A stretch of DNA of 64,000 bases from an uncultured Oscillospiraceae bacterium. Lineage in GTDB: Bacteria > Bacillota > Clostridia > Oscillospirales > Butyricicoccaceae. Below, piece after piece: positions 35,166 through 44,451 of the stretch. The notes beneath the pieces were generated by a model, which saw nothing but the letters and a program-made list of their open reading frames with translations, had not been told where the DNA came from and made no database searches. Location: the NCBI GenBank assembly GCA_964541085.1, contig CAZIPA010000006.1, positions 4,528 through 68,527 of the forward strand, in the 5' to 3' direction. The translations under genes and the position numbers were made by a program. Position 1 is the first letter of the stretch. The number at the start of each line of letters is the position of its first letter.

Positions 35166-36821
35166 ATGCATCTGTTTTCTACAACCAAAGAGCAGACGCT
35201 GCCGCCCATGCTGAAAAAGGCGGGACTGTATCTGCTGCTGTTTCTCTGCGTGTTCATTCCCTTCCGCACACCCCTTGCCGACCTCACCGTTTCCGGCATC
35301 AAGGCCCTGCCCGATGTGCTGATTCTGGCGCTGGCCGGATGGTATGTGCTGGCGGTGCGCTTCCGTCTGCGCTTTACCCTGCCCGATGTGCTGTTTCTGG
35401 CCTTTGAGGGGCTGGCGCTGGTGAGCACCCTGAAAAACGGCATCCCCGTCACCCTGTGGATCTATGAGACCCGCAGCATCGGCATTTATTATATCCTCTA
35501 TTTTGTGGTGCGCAATTTCGGCTTTGGCAAAAAGGAGCTGACCCTGCTCACCCGCACCCTGCAAGGGGTGTCCCTGCCTCTGTTTGCGCTGGCGCTGGTG
35601 GAAAAGATCAGCAGCAAGACCCTGCTGTTCAGCCCTGCGGCACTGGCCAACATCAACATCAGCACCAATTTCAGCCGGGTGTACAGTATGTTCTACAATC
35701 CCAACACCTACGGCCTGTTCCTCACCTTTGTGATCCTGCTGTCCCTGTGGCTGGCCCTGCGGCTGGAGGAAAAAACCCCCGTGTGGATGTATGTGCTGCT
35801 GGGGGCGGCCCTGTATTTCACCATGTCCCGCAGCTCCATGCTGATTCTTGCGGCGGGGCTGGCGGTGCTTTTCGTGTGCGCTCTGCGGGAAAAGAAGCTG
35901 CGCTGGAAGCGGCTGGCCCTGCAGCTGCTGGCCGTGGTGGCCGGTGTGGTGGTGCTGTTTCAGGGCGCGGGCTGGGCCGCCGGAAAATATTACACCGCAA
36001 AGGCCCAGTACAAGCTCACCGACAAGGTGATGGAGGGCTACAGCGAGGCCCAGTATATCGTGGAGGTTCCCTATGTGACCCCCGACGGGGTGGAGCATAC
36101 GGGCTATGTCTATCATGACATCACCTATATTGACAGGGAATGCACCACCACCCTGAACGAATACGGCAGCATCGTCTACAGCACCGGCAACGGCAAGACC
36201 ACGGCCTATATTCTCACGAAAAACGGCGGCATGAAGCTGACGGAGTTTCAGCAGCTTCCGGCGGAAACGCAGGCTGATCTGATTACCGGCGAAGGCCAGC
36301 GGCGGGATGAAAACCGCACCAGCCAGATTCTGGACGCCGCCAGGGATTCCATGAACATCAGCGCCGGAGACCGCTTTACCGAGCTGGGCGATTCCAATAT
36401 GTACACCGCCGATTTCAACGGCCGGTTTTACTCTCTCATGATGGCCTGGAAGGTGATCGAGGATTATCCCCTGCTGGGCACGGGCTTCGGCACCTTCGGT
36501 TCCTCTGCGTCCCTCACCTGGACGCCGCCCACCTATGGCACCTATGTGCTGCGGGAAAACTTCTATGCGGACAATCAGTATGCCTGCGTCATGGCCGAGA
36601 CGGGTCTGCTGGGGCTGGCGGTATTTCTGGCCTTCCTGTTTACCACCCTGTTCGGCTGGCGCAGGAGCCTGCTGAAGGTGATGGCCTGTGTCATCATCGG
36701 CTGGTTCGGCCTGTTCTATAACATTCTGGAGGTGCAGATCGGCGCATTTCTCCTGTGGGCCATTCTTTCCATGGAGGTTTCCGGAGAGGAGACGGCTGCC
36801 GGGGAAGGAAGCGACCTATGA
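35166..36821 (+). CDS. O-antigen ligase/polymerase (Wzy_C)-family membrane protein, paralog 1
   Basis: 551 aa. Polytopic, with YNPNTYGLFL, YFTMSRSSML and PLLGTGFGTFGSSASLTW motifs and a ~200-aa extracytoplasmic insert. Confidence 0.8.
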   Translation: MHLFSTTKEQTLPPMLKKAGLYLLLFLCVFIPFRTPLADLTVSGIKALPDVLILALAGWYVLAVRFRLRFTLPDVLFLAFEGLALVSTLKNGIPVTLWIYETRSIGIYYILYFVVRNFGFGKKELTLLTRTLQGVSLPLFALALVEKISSKTLLFSPAALANINISTNFSRVYSMFYNPNTYGLFLTFVILLSLWLALRLEEKTPVWMYVLLGAALYFTMSRSSMLILAAGLAVLFVCALREKKLRWKRLALQLLAVVAGVVVLFQGAGWAAGKYYTAKAQYKLTDKVMEGYSEAQYIVEVPYVTPDGVEHTGYVYHDITYIDRECTTTLNEYGSIVYSTGNGKTTAYILTKNGGMKLTEFQQLPAETQADLITGEGQRRDENRTSQILDAARDSMNISAGDRFTELGDSNMYTADFNGRFYSLMMAWKVIEDYPLLGTGFGTFGSSASLTWTPPTYGTYVLRENFYADNQYACVMAETGLLGLAVFLAFLFTTLFGWRRSLLKVMACVIIGWFGLFYNILEVQIGAFLLWAILSMEVSGEETAAGEGSDL

Positions 36822-38371
36822 GCGCCGCTGTGCGTCCCTTCCGGCTGAAGACTGCGGCGGAGGGTGTGCTGCTGTTTTTCTGCGTGTTTCTGCCCTTCCG
36901 CACCCCGCTGGCCGGGCTGCTGGGAGACTGGGTGCGTGTGGTGCCCGACGGACTGATTCTGATTCTGCTGCTGTGGCAGGGGGTGGAATGCAGACTGCGC
37001 TTCCGCCTGAAAGCCTCGGAGGGAATCCTGCTGGGCTTTCTGCTGCTGGCGCTGGTGAGCACCTGCTGGGTGAACGGACAGCGGCTGTTTCTCTTTCTGC
37101 ACCAGAGCCGGAGCCTGTGTCTTTATGTGCTGTTTGCGTTGGTGTTGCGGCAGCAGCACTATGGGAAGGAAACCCTGCTGCGTGTGACCCGGGCTTTGCA
37201 GCTGGCATCCTGGCCGCTGTGTGTGCTGGGACTGGTAGAGCGGGTGTGCTCCAAGACGGTGCTGTTTGATACGGCCTTCGCCCGGAGCATTTACTCCTTC
37301 GACAACATGGGAAGAGTATACGGAATGTTTTATAATCCGAATATCTACGGATTGTTTTTGCTGGCGGTGCTGCTGCTCAGCCTGTGTACCCGTGTGCTCC
37401 ACGGACAGAAAACCGGGCTGGCCCTGTATGTCCAGCTTTCCGTGATGCTCTGGCTCACCATGTCCCGCAGCGGTCTGCTGGCGCTGGCCGGTGTGGCGGT
37501 GCTGGCGCTTGCGGTGCTGCGCAGACCCCTGCTCCGGCTGTGGAAGCGGCTCTGGTGGCGGGCGGCGATCTGTGTGGGAGTGACGGCACTGGCGGCGCTG
37601 ACGCTGCCCCGCATGGCCGAGGCTTATTATTTCGCCCGGGTGCAGCCCATGCTGGAGGGCGATGCCCTGCGCACCCTCTCCATGGAGACAGAGGAGGTCA
37701 CCTTTACGCTGGAGGGAGAGACCTATCCCGGCTGGCGCTTTAACGGCGTGACCTATGTGGATGCCCGCTGTGCTGTGCCTCTGCGGGAGGCGGGCGCGGT
37801 GATCCATCTGCCCGACGGAGATATCACCCTGCCGGTGGAGGACAACGACCTGCGGGAGACCTATATCTATTCCAATGCCATTCTGAAATCCTTCCATGTG
37901 AGCTCTGCCACCCGGATGAATGCCCTCACCCAGTCCCGCACCTATCAGGTTTCGGTCAACGGGCGGCTGTTCTCCGTGCAAAAGGCCCTGGCCGTGGCAA
38001 AGGATCATCCCCTGCTGGGCACGGGCTTTGGCACCTTCGGCTCGGCGGCGTCCCTCACCTGGACCCCGGACACCTATGGGGACTATGGCCTGTACAGCGG
38101 CTTTTATTCCGACTGTCAGTATTCCAGCATTCTGGGCGAGACAGGCTTTCTGGGGCTGGCGGTATTTCTGGCGTGGCTGTGCGCCTTTCTGCTGGAGCGG
38201 AGAAAGCATTGCCTGCTGGTGCTGCTGTGTGTGCTCATGGGCTGGTACGGCCTGTTTTTCAATATGCTGGAGGTGCATATGGCGGCGCTTCTGCTGTGGT
38301 GTCTGCCCACGCTGGCAGAGGGAAAAGCCCTGTCGGTAAAGGAGCTGGAGGCGGCCTGTCTCCGGCTGTGA
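36818..38371 (+). CDS. O-antigen ligase/polymerase (Wzy_C)-family membrane protein, paralog 2
   Basis: 517 aa from ATG 36818, overlapping the paralog-1 stop (ATGA). Same motif set (YNPNIYGLFL, WLTMSRSGLL, PLLGTGFGTFGSAASLTW). Confidence 0.8.
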   Translation: MSAAVRPFRLKTAAEGVLLFFCVFLPFRTPLAGLLGDWVRVVPDGLILILLLWQGVECRLRFRLKASEGILLGFLLLALVSTCWVNGQRLFLFLHQSRSLCLYVLFALVLRQQHYGKETLLRVTRALQLASWPLCVLGLVERVCSKTVLFDTAFARSIYSFDNMGRVYGMFYNPNIYGLFLLAVLLLSLCTRVLHGQKTGLALYVQLSVMLWLTMSRSGLLALAGVAVLALAVLRRPLLRLWKRLWWRAAICVGVTALAALTLPRMAEAYYFARVQPMLEGDALRTLSMETEEVTFTLEGETYPGWRFNGVTYVDARCAVPLREAGAVIHLPDGDITLPVEDNDLRETYIYSNAILKSFHVSSATRMNALTQSRTYQVSVNGRLFSVQKALAVAKDHPLLGTGFGTFGSAASLTWTPDTYGDYGLYSGFYSDCQYSSILGETGFLGLAVFLAWLCAFLLERRKHCLLVLLCVLMGWYGLFFNMLEVHMAALLLWCLPTLAEGKALSVKELEAACLRL

Positions 38372-38387
38372 GCCTGCGAAAATATCC

Positions 38388-38416
38388 TTGCATTCTGACA
38401 GAAACAGGATTATCAT
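38388..38416 (+). promoter_or_regulatory. Sigma-70-type promoter
   Basis: TTGCAT (38388-38393), 17-nt spacer, TATCAT (38411-38416), upstream of the DUF362 gene. Confidence 0.45.
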
Positions 38417-38450
38417 AAAAACAATCAAACTGAAAAGGGAGGCTTTGCCT

Positions 38451-39572
38451 ATGTCATCGTCCAAGGTCTATATGACTGATTTTACCGCCCGGGGAGAAAC
38501 GCTGCCCCAAAAGCTGCGTCGGCTGCTGCTGGCGGCGGGTATCCGGGACATTGATTTTGAAAACAAGTTCACCTGCATCAAAATGCATCTGGGCGAGCCG
38601 GGCAATCTGGGCTATCTGCGGCCCAATTATGCCAAGGCCGTGGCCGATCTGGTGCGGGAGCTGGGAGGCAAGCCCTTCCTCAGCGATGCCAACACCCTCT
38701 ATGTGGGACGGCGGAAAAACGCGCTGGAGCATCTGGAGGCGGCCTATGAAAACGGCTTTTCCCCCTTCTCCACCGGCTGTCATGTGATCATCGCCGACGG
38801 CCTGAAGGGCACGGATGAGGCGCTGGTTCCCGTGGAGGGCGGCGAATATGTCCGGGAAGCCAAAATCGGCCGGGCCTTTATGGATGCGGATGTGTTCCTT
38901 TCCCTGACCCATTTCAAGGGCCACGCCATGGCGGGCTTCGGCGGTACGCTGAAAAATATCGGCATGGGCTGCGGCTCCCGGGCAGGCAAGATGGAAATGC
39001 ACTCTCAGGGTCTGCCGGCCATTGTGGAGGAAAACTGCGTGGGCTGCGGTCTGTGCGGCAAAAACTGCGCCCAGAATGCCCTTTCCGTAAAGGACGGCAA
39101 GGCCGTGATCGATGATGAAAAATGCGCCGGCTGCGGCCGCTGTATCACCGTCTGTCCCCGGGATGCCATCGTGTGCCGGTGGGACGAGGCGACTGCCGTG
39201 ATGAACTGCAAGATCGCCGAATATACCAAGGCCGTGGTGCAGAACCGCCCCGCCTTCCACATCAGTCTGGTGTGCGATGTGTCCCCCTCCTGCGACTGCG
39301 ACCGCTGCAACGATGTGCCCATCATTCCCGATGTGGGAATGTTTGCCTCCTTTGACCCGGTGGCGCTGGATCAGGCCTGTGTGGATGCGGTGAACGCCCA
39401 GACGGTAACGGCCGGAAGTCTGCTGGAGCAGGCCGTGCGGGAGCAGGGCCTGGAAAAGCCCCAGGGAGAATATTTCGGCACCATCCATCCCGATGCCTGC
39501 TGGGAAGCGGGCCTCGTCCACGGAGAAAAGCTGGGTCTGGGAACCCGGGAGTATGAGCTGATCCGGGTGTAA
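38451..39572 (+). CDS. DUF362-domain protein with two 4Fe-4S ferredoxin motifs
   Basis: 373 aa from ATG 38451 (GGGAGG RBS). DUF362-like N-terminus (IKMHLGEPGN..THFKGH). CVGCGLCGKNCAQ and CAGCGRCITVCP clusters. Confidence 0.85.
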   Translation: MSSSKVYMTDFTARGETLPQKLRRLLLAAGIRDIDFENKFTCIKMHLGEPGNLGYLRPNYAKAVADLVRELGGKPFLSDANTLYVGRRKNALEHLEAAYENGFSPFSTGCHVIIADGLKGTDEALVPVEGGEYVREAKIGRAFMDADVFLSLTHFKGHAMAGFGGTLKNIGMGCGSRAGKMEMHSQGLPAIVEENCVGCGLCGKNCAQNALSVKDGKAVIDDEKCAGCGRCITVCPRDAIVCRWDEATAVMNCKIAEYTKAVVQNRPAFHISLVCDVSPSCDCDRCNDVPIIPDVGMFASFDPVALDQACVDAVNAQTVTAGSLLEQAVREQGLEKPQGEYFGTIHPDACWEAGLVHGEKLGLGTREYELIRV

Positions 39573-39623
39573 CCTGCGAAAGATTCCAGAAATCGGAAAT
39601 TATAAAAAATCCGAAAAAACGCC

Positions 39624-39652
39624 TTGACATTTGTCGTCCTTCGCCGTATACT
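39624..39652 (+). promoter_or_regulatory. Consensus-like promoter of tRNA-Val
   Basis: TTGACA (39624-39629), 17-nt spacer, TATACT (39647-39652), about 20 nt upstream of the tRNA. Confidence 0.6.
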
Positions 39653-39671
39653 ATAAAGGCACTGATGCGAT

Positions 39672-39748
39672 GGACGATTAGCTCACTTGGCTAGAGCGCC
39701 TGTTTGACGTACAGGAGGTAACAGGTTCGATTCCTGTATCGTCCACCA
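39672..39748 (+). tRNA. tRNA-Val (anticodon GAC), CCA encoded
   Basis: Full cloverleaf read by hand. Acceptor GGACGAT/ATCGTCC, D stem GCTC/GAGC, anticodon stem CCTGT/ACAGG with loop TTGACGT, T stem ACAGG/CCTGT with TTCGATT loop, discriminator A plus CCA. Confidence 0.92.
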
Positions 39749-39755
39749 GAAAAAA

Positions 39756-39787
39756 GCCCCTTTTGTCTCCGGACAGAAGGGGTTTTT
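39756..39787 (+). terminator. Rho-independent terminator after tRNA-Val
   Basis: GCCCCTTTTGTC-TCCG-GACAGAAGGGG followed by TTTTT. Confidence 0.75.
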
Positions 39788-39811
39788 CCGTATGGATTGG
39801 AGGATGGGTTT

Positions 39812-40498
39812 ATGGAATATTCCACGGTGCTGCCGGCGGTGTTTCTGTCCCGGCCCAACCGGTTTGTGGCCCGGGTGCTGCTGGAGGGCAGAGAGCACAC
39901 CGTTCATGTGAAAAATACCGGCCGCTGCCGGGAGCTGCTGCTGCCCGGGGCCCGGGTCTGGCTGACACCGGGGGAAAATCCCGCCAGAAAAACGGCCTAT
40001 GACCTCATCGCCGTGGAAAAGGGACAGACCCTCATCAATCTGGATTCCGCCGCCCCCAACCGGGTGTTTGGAGAATATGCCCGGCAGGGCCTGTTTTTGC
40101 CGGAGACGGCGTGGGTGCGTCCCGAGGTGCGCTATGGAGAGTCCCGGTTTGATTTTCAGCTGGAGGCCGGGGGCCGGCTGCATTTTGTGGAGGTCAAGGG
40201 GGTCACGCTGGAGGAGGCGGGACACACCCGCTTTCCCGACGCCCCTACCCTCCGGGGGACAAAGCATCTGTATGAGCTGATCCGTGCCCGGCAGGAGGGC
40301 TATGGCGCTCACGCGGTGTTTGTGATTCAGCTGGAGCAGGCCCTTTCCTTCGCCCCCAACCGGGAAACCGACCCGGCCTTTGCCCGTGCGCTGGAGCAGG
40401 CGGAGGCCGCCGGTGTGTGTATCCACGCCTTCCGCTGCCATGTCACCCCCGGCAGGATGAGCATCGCAGCGCCGGTAAAGCGGCAGGAGCCGCAATGA
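39812..40498 (+). CDS. sfsA: Sugar fermentation stimulation protein A
   Basis: 228 aa from ATG 39812 (GGAGG RBS). SfsA signature FLSRPNRFVA.V...G....VHV.NTGRC.ELL. Confidence 0.88.
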   Translation: MEYSTVLPAVFLSRPNRFVARVLLEGREHTVHVKNTGRCRELLLPGARVWLTPGENPARKTAYDLIAVEKGQTLINLDSAAPNRVFGEYARQGLFLPETAWVRPEVRYGESRFDFQLEAGGRLHFVEVKGVTLEEAGHTRFPDAPTLRGTKHLYELIRARQEGYGAHAVFVIQLEQALSFAPNRETDPAFARALEQAEAAGVCIHAFRCHVTPGRMSIAAPVKRQEPQ

Positions 40499-40587
40499 TA
40501 TCGGCTTCGCTATATTTTTCGGGCTTGGCTCTCCCAGAGGGAGAGCCAAGCTTGAAATACAAAGCGCCGCTCTGCGCCGATATCATT
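40494..40587. repeat. 94-bp MITE-like element with perfect 12-bp terminal inverted repeats
   Basis: Left end AATGATATCGGC (40494-40505), right end GCCGATATCATT (40576-40587). Central perfect palindrome GGCTTGGCTCTCCC-AGA-GGGAGAGCCAAGC (40522-40551). The left TIR contains the sfsA stop codon. Confidence 0.7.
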
Positions 40588-40590
40588 CAA

Positions 40591-40617
40591 AAAAAGCTCC
40601 CCTTGTGGGGAGCTTTT
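40591..40617. terminator. Bidirectional terminator (AAAGCTCCCC family)
   Basis: AAAAAGCTCCCC-TTGT-GGGGAGCTTTT, with A/T runs on both sides, between the convergent sfsA and EIIC-like genes. Confidence 0.75.
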
Positions 40618-40633
40618 GCATTTACACTTCTGT

Positions 40634-41719
40634 TTACAGCTTCAGGTCGCCTTCTTTGATCCAGCCCAGCTTGCGGCAGACAAGGCCAAAGGCCCAGGTG
40701 AGCACGGCGGGCAGGACAAAGCAGATGAGCACCAGTCCCACCCAGTCAAAAGCGGTGATGGCACTCTTTGCGCCGGTGGTCACATCATTCACCCAGCCGG
40801 CATACACACCGATGGGGCCCACCATGCCGCAGGTTCCCATACCGGAAGCCACGCCGGAGGCGGGATCGTTCATCTCCAGATGGAACACACAGGTGGCCAG
40901 CGGGCCGGTGACGGCAGAGGCGGCGATGGCGGGGATCCAGATTTTCGGATTCTTCACAATGTTGCCCATCTGGAGCATGGAGGTGCCCAGACCCTGACTC
41001 ACCAGACCGCCCCAGCGGTTTTCCCGGAAGGACAGCACGGCAAAGCCCACCATATTGGCGCAGCAGCCGGCTACCGCGGCACCTCCGGCCAGACCGGTGA
41101 GACCGATGGCGGCGCAGATGGCGGCGGAGGAAATGGGCAGCGTCAGGGCAATGCCGATCACGACGCTCACCAGAATGCCCATCCAGAAGGGCTGGAGCAC
41201 CGTGGCCCAGCGAACAAAATCACCCACGGCGGAGGCTGCGGTTCCAATGGCGGGGGCAATGGCATAGGACAGGGCTACGCCGGAGAGGATGGTCACCAGC
41301 GGCGTCACCAGAATATCCACCCGGGTTTCCTTGGAGACGGCCTTGCCCAGCTCGGCTGCCACAATGGCGATGAGGAGCACGGCCAGCGGGCCGCCCGCAC
41401 CCTTGCTGCCGTCCAGCGTCGTGCTGCCCAGCAGGTTGGCCGCATAGCCCACGGTTGCCAGAGAAAACAGCACCAGCGGCGGAGCCTTCAGCGCCCAGCC
41501 GATGGCCACAGCCATAGCAGCACCGCTCATGGCAGAGGCAAAGGAGCCTACGCTCACCAGAAATTCCAAATGCAGCTGACTGCCCAGCGTATCCAGAATG
41601 GTGCCGATGAGCAGCGAACAGAACAGGCCCTGAGCCATGGCGCTCATTGCGTCGATGCCATAGCGCTTGCCGGAAAAAACAATATCCTTGCGCTTGAGAA
41701 ATGCCTTGAAGCCTTCCAT
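40634..41719 (-). CDS. Polytopic permease, PTS EIIC-2-like family
   Basis: 361 aa from ATG 41719 (GGGAGG RBS). N-terminus FKAFLKRKDIVFSGKRYGIDAMSAMAQGLF resembles PTS_EIIC_2-type proteins. No EIIA or EIIB nearby. Confidence 0.7.
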   Translation of the reverse strand: MEGFKAFLKRKDIVFSGKRYGIDAMSAMAQGLFCSLLIGTILDTLGSQLHLEFLVSVGSFASAMSGAAMAVAIGWALKAPPLVLFSLATVGYAANLLGSTTLDGSKGAGGPLAVLLIAIVAAELGKAVSKETRVDILVTPLVTILSGVALSYAIAPAIGTAASAVGDFVRWATVLQPFWMGILVSVVIGIALTLPISSAAICAAIGLTGLAGGAAVAGCCANMVGFAVLSFRENRWGGLVSQGLGTSMLQMGNIVKNPKIWIPAIAASAVTGPLATCVFHLEMNDPASGVASGMGTCGMVGPIGVYAGWVNDVTTGAKSAITAFDWVGLVLICFVLPAVLTWAFGLVCRKLGWIKEGDLKL

Positions 41720-41835
41720 AGAAGTACCTCCCAAAAGACCGTATTTTTTTCATCATAGCACAAGCGGATGGAGAAAGCAATCGTTGCTGACACACAAACA
41801 ACAGAAATATTTCTTCCTTTTGTTAAGATTGCCCA

Positions 41836-41863
41836 TTGAAAGGTTCTGCGTTTTGTGTATAAT
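41836..41863 (+). promoter_or_regulatory. Sigma-70-type promoter with extended -10
   Basis: TTGAAA (41836-41841), 16-nt spacer ending in TG, TATAAT (41858-41863), upstream of the antiporter gene. Confidence 0.45.
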
Positions 41864-41927
41864 GAGAACGGCCCTGAAAACGGGGCCGTTTTTGACTTTT
41901 TCGCAAATCAAAGGAGAAAAGAGATTT

Positions 41928-43226
41928 ATGGACTTTCTGATTCCTGTGGCCATCGCGCTGGTTGCCGGTCTGCTGATGACCCGTGTTTTCAAGCTGATGC
42001 ATCTGAACTTCCCCGATGTCACCGCCTTCCTGCTGGCAGGCGTGGCTGTGGGCCCCTATTGTCTGGGCCGTCTGGGCATTCCCGGGCTGGGCTTTACCTC
42101 CATGGAGGCGCTGGAGCAGGTGAGCGCCATTTCCAGCGTGGCGCTGGGCTTTATCGCCTTCGCCATCGGCAACGAGTTCCGCCTGTCCCAGCTGAAGCAT
42201 ACCGGAAAGCAGGCTGCTGTCATCGGCGTGTTGCAGGCGCTGGTTGCCACGCTGACGGTGGATGTGGCCCTGCTGGTGCTGCATTTCATTCTGGGCGGCG
42301 ACATTCTGCCGGTGCCTGTGGTGCTGACGCTGGGTGCCATTGCCGCCGCTACCGCACCCGCCGCCACCCTGATGGTGGTGCGGCAGTATAAGGCCAAGGG
42401 TAAGCTCACCGATCTGCTGCTGCCCATTGTGGCCTTGGATGATGCGGTGGGTCTGGTGATCTTTGCCGTGTCCTTCGGTGTGGCTGAGGCTATGGTGGGC
42501 GGCCATATGAGTCTGGCCTCCGTAGTGGTGGAGCCGTTGCTGGAGATCGTGGGTTCGCTGGTGCTGGGCTCGCTGCTGGGCGTGATCCTCACCCTGCTGG
42601 AAAAGCTGTTCTTCTCCAACACCAACCGTCTGTCCCTGACCATCGCCTTTGTGCTGGCTACCATCGCCCTGTCTGCCACGGAGATTCCCATGGGCAGCGC
42701 CACCATGCGGTTTTCCAACCTGCTGGTGTGCATGATGCTGGGCACGGTGTTCTGCAATCTGTGCCCCCGTTCCGCCGATATTATGGATCGTGCCGACAAG
42801 TGGACGGCCCCCATTTACTGCCTGTTCTTCGTGCTCAGCGGTGCGGAGCTGGAGCTCAGCGTCTTTACCGATCTGGCCGTGGTGGGCATCGGCGTGGCCT
42901 ATATCGTGTTCCGCTCTCTGGGCAAATATTTCGGCGCACAGAGCTCTGCCACGCTGGTACACTGTGACCACAAGGTGCGGAAGTATCTGGGCATCACCCT
43001 GCTGCCCCAGGCCGGTGTGGCGCTGGGCATGAGTGCTACCGCAGCCTCGCTGGGCACCACCGAGGGCCGTCTGATCCGCAACATCACCCTGTTCGGCGTG
43101 ATGATCTATGAGCTGGCCGGTCCCGCCCTCACCCGCTGGGCCCTGCAAAAGGCCGGCGAGATTCAGCCTGCCTCTGCGGAGAAAAAGTCGGTGGAGCGCT
43201 TCAACCGCCCTGCCGCCCATCGCTGA
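41928..43226 (+). CDS. Cation:proton antiporter (Na+/H+ exchanger family)
   Basis: 432 aa from ATG 41928 (AAAGGAG RBS). About 12 TM helices. The N-terminus MDFLIPVAIALVAGLLMTRVFK..PDVTAFLLAGVAVGP is typical of CPA-type antiporters. Confidence 0.85.
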   Translation: MDFLIPVAIALVAGLLMTRVFKLMHLNFPDVTAFLLAGVAVGPYCLGRLGIPGLGFTSMEALEQVSAISSVALGFIAFAIGNEFRLSQLKHTGKQAAVIGVLQALVATLTVDVALLVLHFILGGDILPVPVVLTLGAIAAATAPAATLMVVRQYKAKGKLTDLLLPIVALDDAVGLVIFAVSFGVAEAMVGGHMSLASVVVEPLLEIVGSLVLGSLLGVILTLLEKLFFSNTNRLSLTIAFVLATIALSATEIPMGSATMRFSNLLVCMMLGTVFCNLCPRSADIMDRADKWTAPIYCLFFVLSGAELELSVFTDLAVVGIGVAYIVFRSLGKYFGAQSSATLVHCDHKVRKYLGITLLPQAGVALGMSATAASLGTTEGRLIRNITLFGVMIYELAGPALTRWALQKAGEIQPASAEKKSVERFNRPAAHR

Positions 43227-43266
43227 GAGACGGCAAAGAACCGCAAAGCTTTCGCAAGCTTTTCTT

Positions 43267-43305
43267 CCCGCTTCCGGATATTTCCGGCGGCGGGAATTTT
43301 TTTTT
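43267..43305 (+). terminator. Rho-independent terminator
   Basis: CCCGCTTCCGG-loop-CCGGCGGCGGG followed by a 9-T run. Confidence 0.6.
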
Positions 43306-43380
43306 GCCCGGGAAAGGCCTGATTTTTCAGGTTTTTTCGAGAAAAACATTGCAAAAATTAAACTTTTTTCAAAATTGCTA

Positions 43381-43409
43381 TTGCGCAAACGGAGAAACTT
43401 TGGTATACT
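43381..43409 (+). promoter_or_regulatory. Promoter of the AraC-family gene
   Basis: TTGCGC (43381-43386), 17-nt spacer ending TGg, TATACT (43404-43409). Confidence 0.4.
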
Positions 43410-43462
43410 TACCCCAATCAATACCGGAACCCCAAAAAAACAAACAGGAAAGGAGACAGCTT

Positions 43463-44335
43463 ATGAACAGCTGGTACCGGCGCTTTCTCTTCGAAGGAAA
43501 GCACAACTATCACATCTATCTCGGCGAAGGCTTTGTTGGTCCCGTGGGTCAGCACAAGCATGAATTCTACCATGTCACCTATGTAATCGAAGGTGAAATT
43601 CTGGAAAGCCAGTATGGCACCGAAACCCTGCAAAAGGCGGGCGAATGCTTTTTCACGCCCCCGGGTGTGGAGCACAGCCTGCACATCTATGAGCACACCC
43701 GTTACTTCTGCCTGTCCTTCTCCCAGAATATCGCGGACATCCTCTATTCTCACATCTCCGGTCTGCGGCGGGATCTGAAGAATCTTCCCAGCCCCATCGA
43801 GGTGCCCGGGGATGTGCGCTCCCGGCTGGAGCATCTGATGTACGGCCTGATGGACGAGCAGAACTTTGACGGCCCGGCTTCCTATGAGACAGCCCATTTT
43901 CTGGTGGTCTCTGTCCTGCTGATGATGCTGCGGGGCGCTTTCCCGGCAGAAAAAATCCCCAGTATGCGGGAATCTGACCGGATCAAGTCCGAGGTGCTGG
44001 CCTGCGTGCGGCACATTCAGGCCAATTACGATCAGGAGCTGACGGCGGAAACGCTGTCCCAAATCACCACCCTGTCCCGCAGCGCCTTTATGAAGGCGTT
44101 CCAGCTGCAAACCGGCAAGACCGTCAAGCAGTATGTCACCCAGATCCGCATCAAGGAGGCCCGCCACCGCATCGTCATGGGCAAGGGCAACCTCCAGCAG
44201 ATCGCAAAGCAGGTGGGCTATAAGGATTTCTCCACCTTCTTCCGCAACTTTGTACAGATCGTGGGCGTTTCTCCCACAGAATACCGCAAGCGGGTTGCCG
44301 CCGGTCTGGACAGCAGCGACGGCCGCGACGCGTAA
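43463..44335 (+). CDS. AraC-family transcriptional regulator (cupin + HTH)
   Basis: 290 aa from ATG 43463 (AAAGGAG RBS). N-terminal cupin (HKHEFYHVTYVIEGE). C-terminal AraC HTH pair (LSRSAFMKAFQ..., IAKQVGYKDFSTFFRNF). Confidence 0.88.
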   Translation: MNSWYRRFLFEGKHNYHIYLGEGFVGPVGQHKHEFYHVTYVIEGEILESQYGTETLQKAGECFFTPPGVEHSLHIYEHTRYFCLSFSQNIADILYSHISGLRRDLKNLPSPIEVPGDVRSRLEHLMYGLMDEQNFDGPASYETAHFLVVSVLLMMLRGAFPAEKIPSMRESDRIKSEVLACVRHIQANYDQELTAETLSQITTLSRSAFMKAFQLQTGKTVKQYVTQIRIKEARHRIVMGKGNLQQIAKQVGYKDFSTFFRNFVQIVGVSPTEYRKRVAAGLDSSDGRDA

Positions 44336-44451
44336 GCGGCAGTTATTTTTCAAAGGTCAACCTGTCCCCGGTTTCCGGGGACAGACTATAAAATGAAGTT
44401 TATCATCAGGCTTTTCTGAAAAGCCGGTCAAGTGAAAAAGGAGGGTATTTT

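Noticed and set aside
41867-41893. Terminator-like hairpin (AACGGCCC-loop-GGGCCGTT + TTTTT) just downstream of the predicted antiporter promoter, a possible attenuator or riboswitch
   Set aside because: The hairpin begins at or before the expected transcription start. There is no upstream aptamer-sized leader or alternative anti-terminator that I can see. It could simply be a leftover terminator, and there is too little evidence for a regulatory call.
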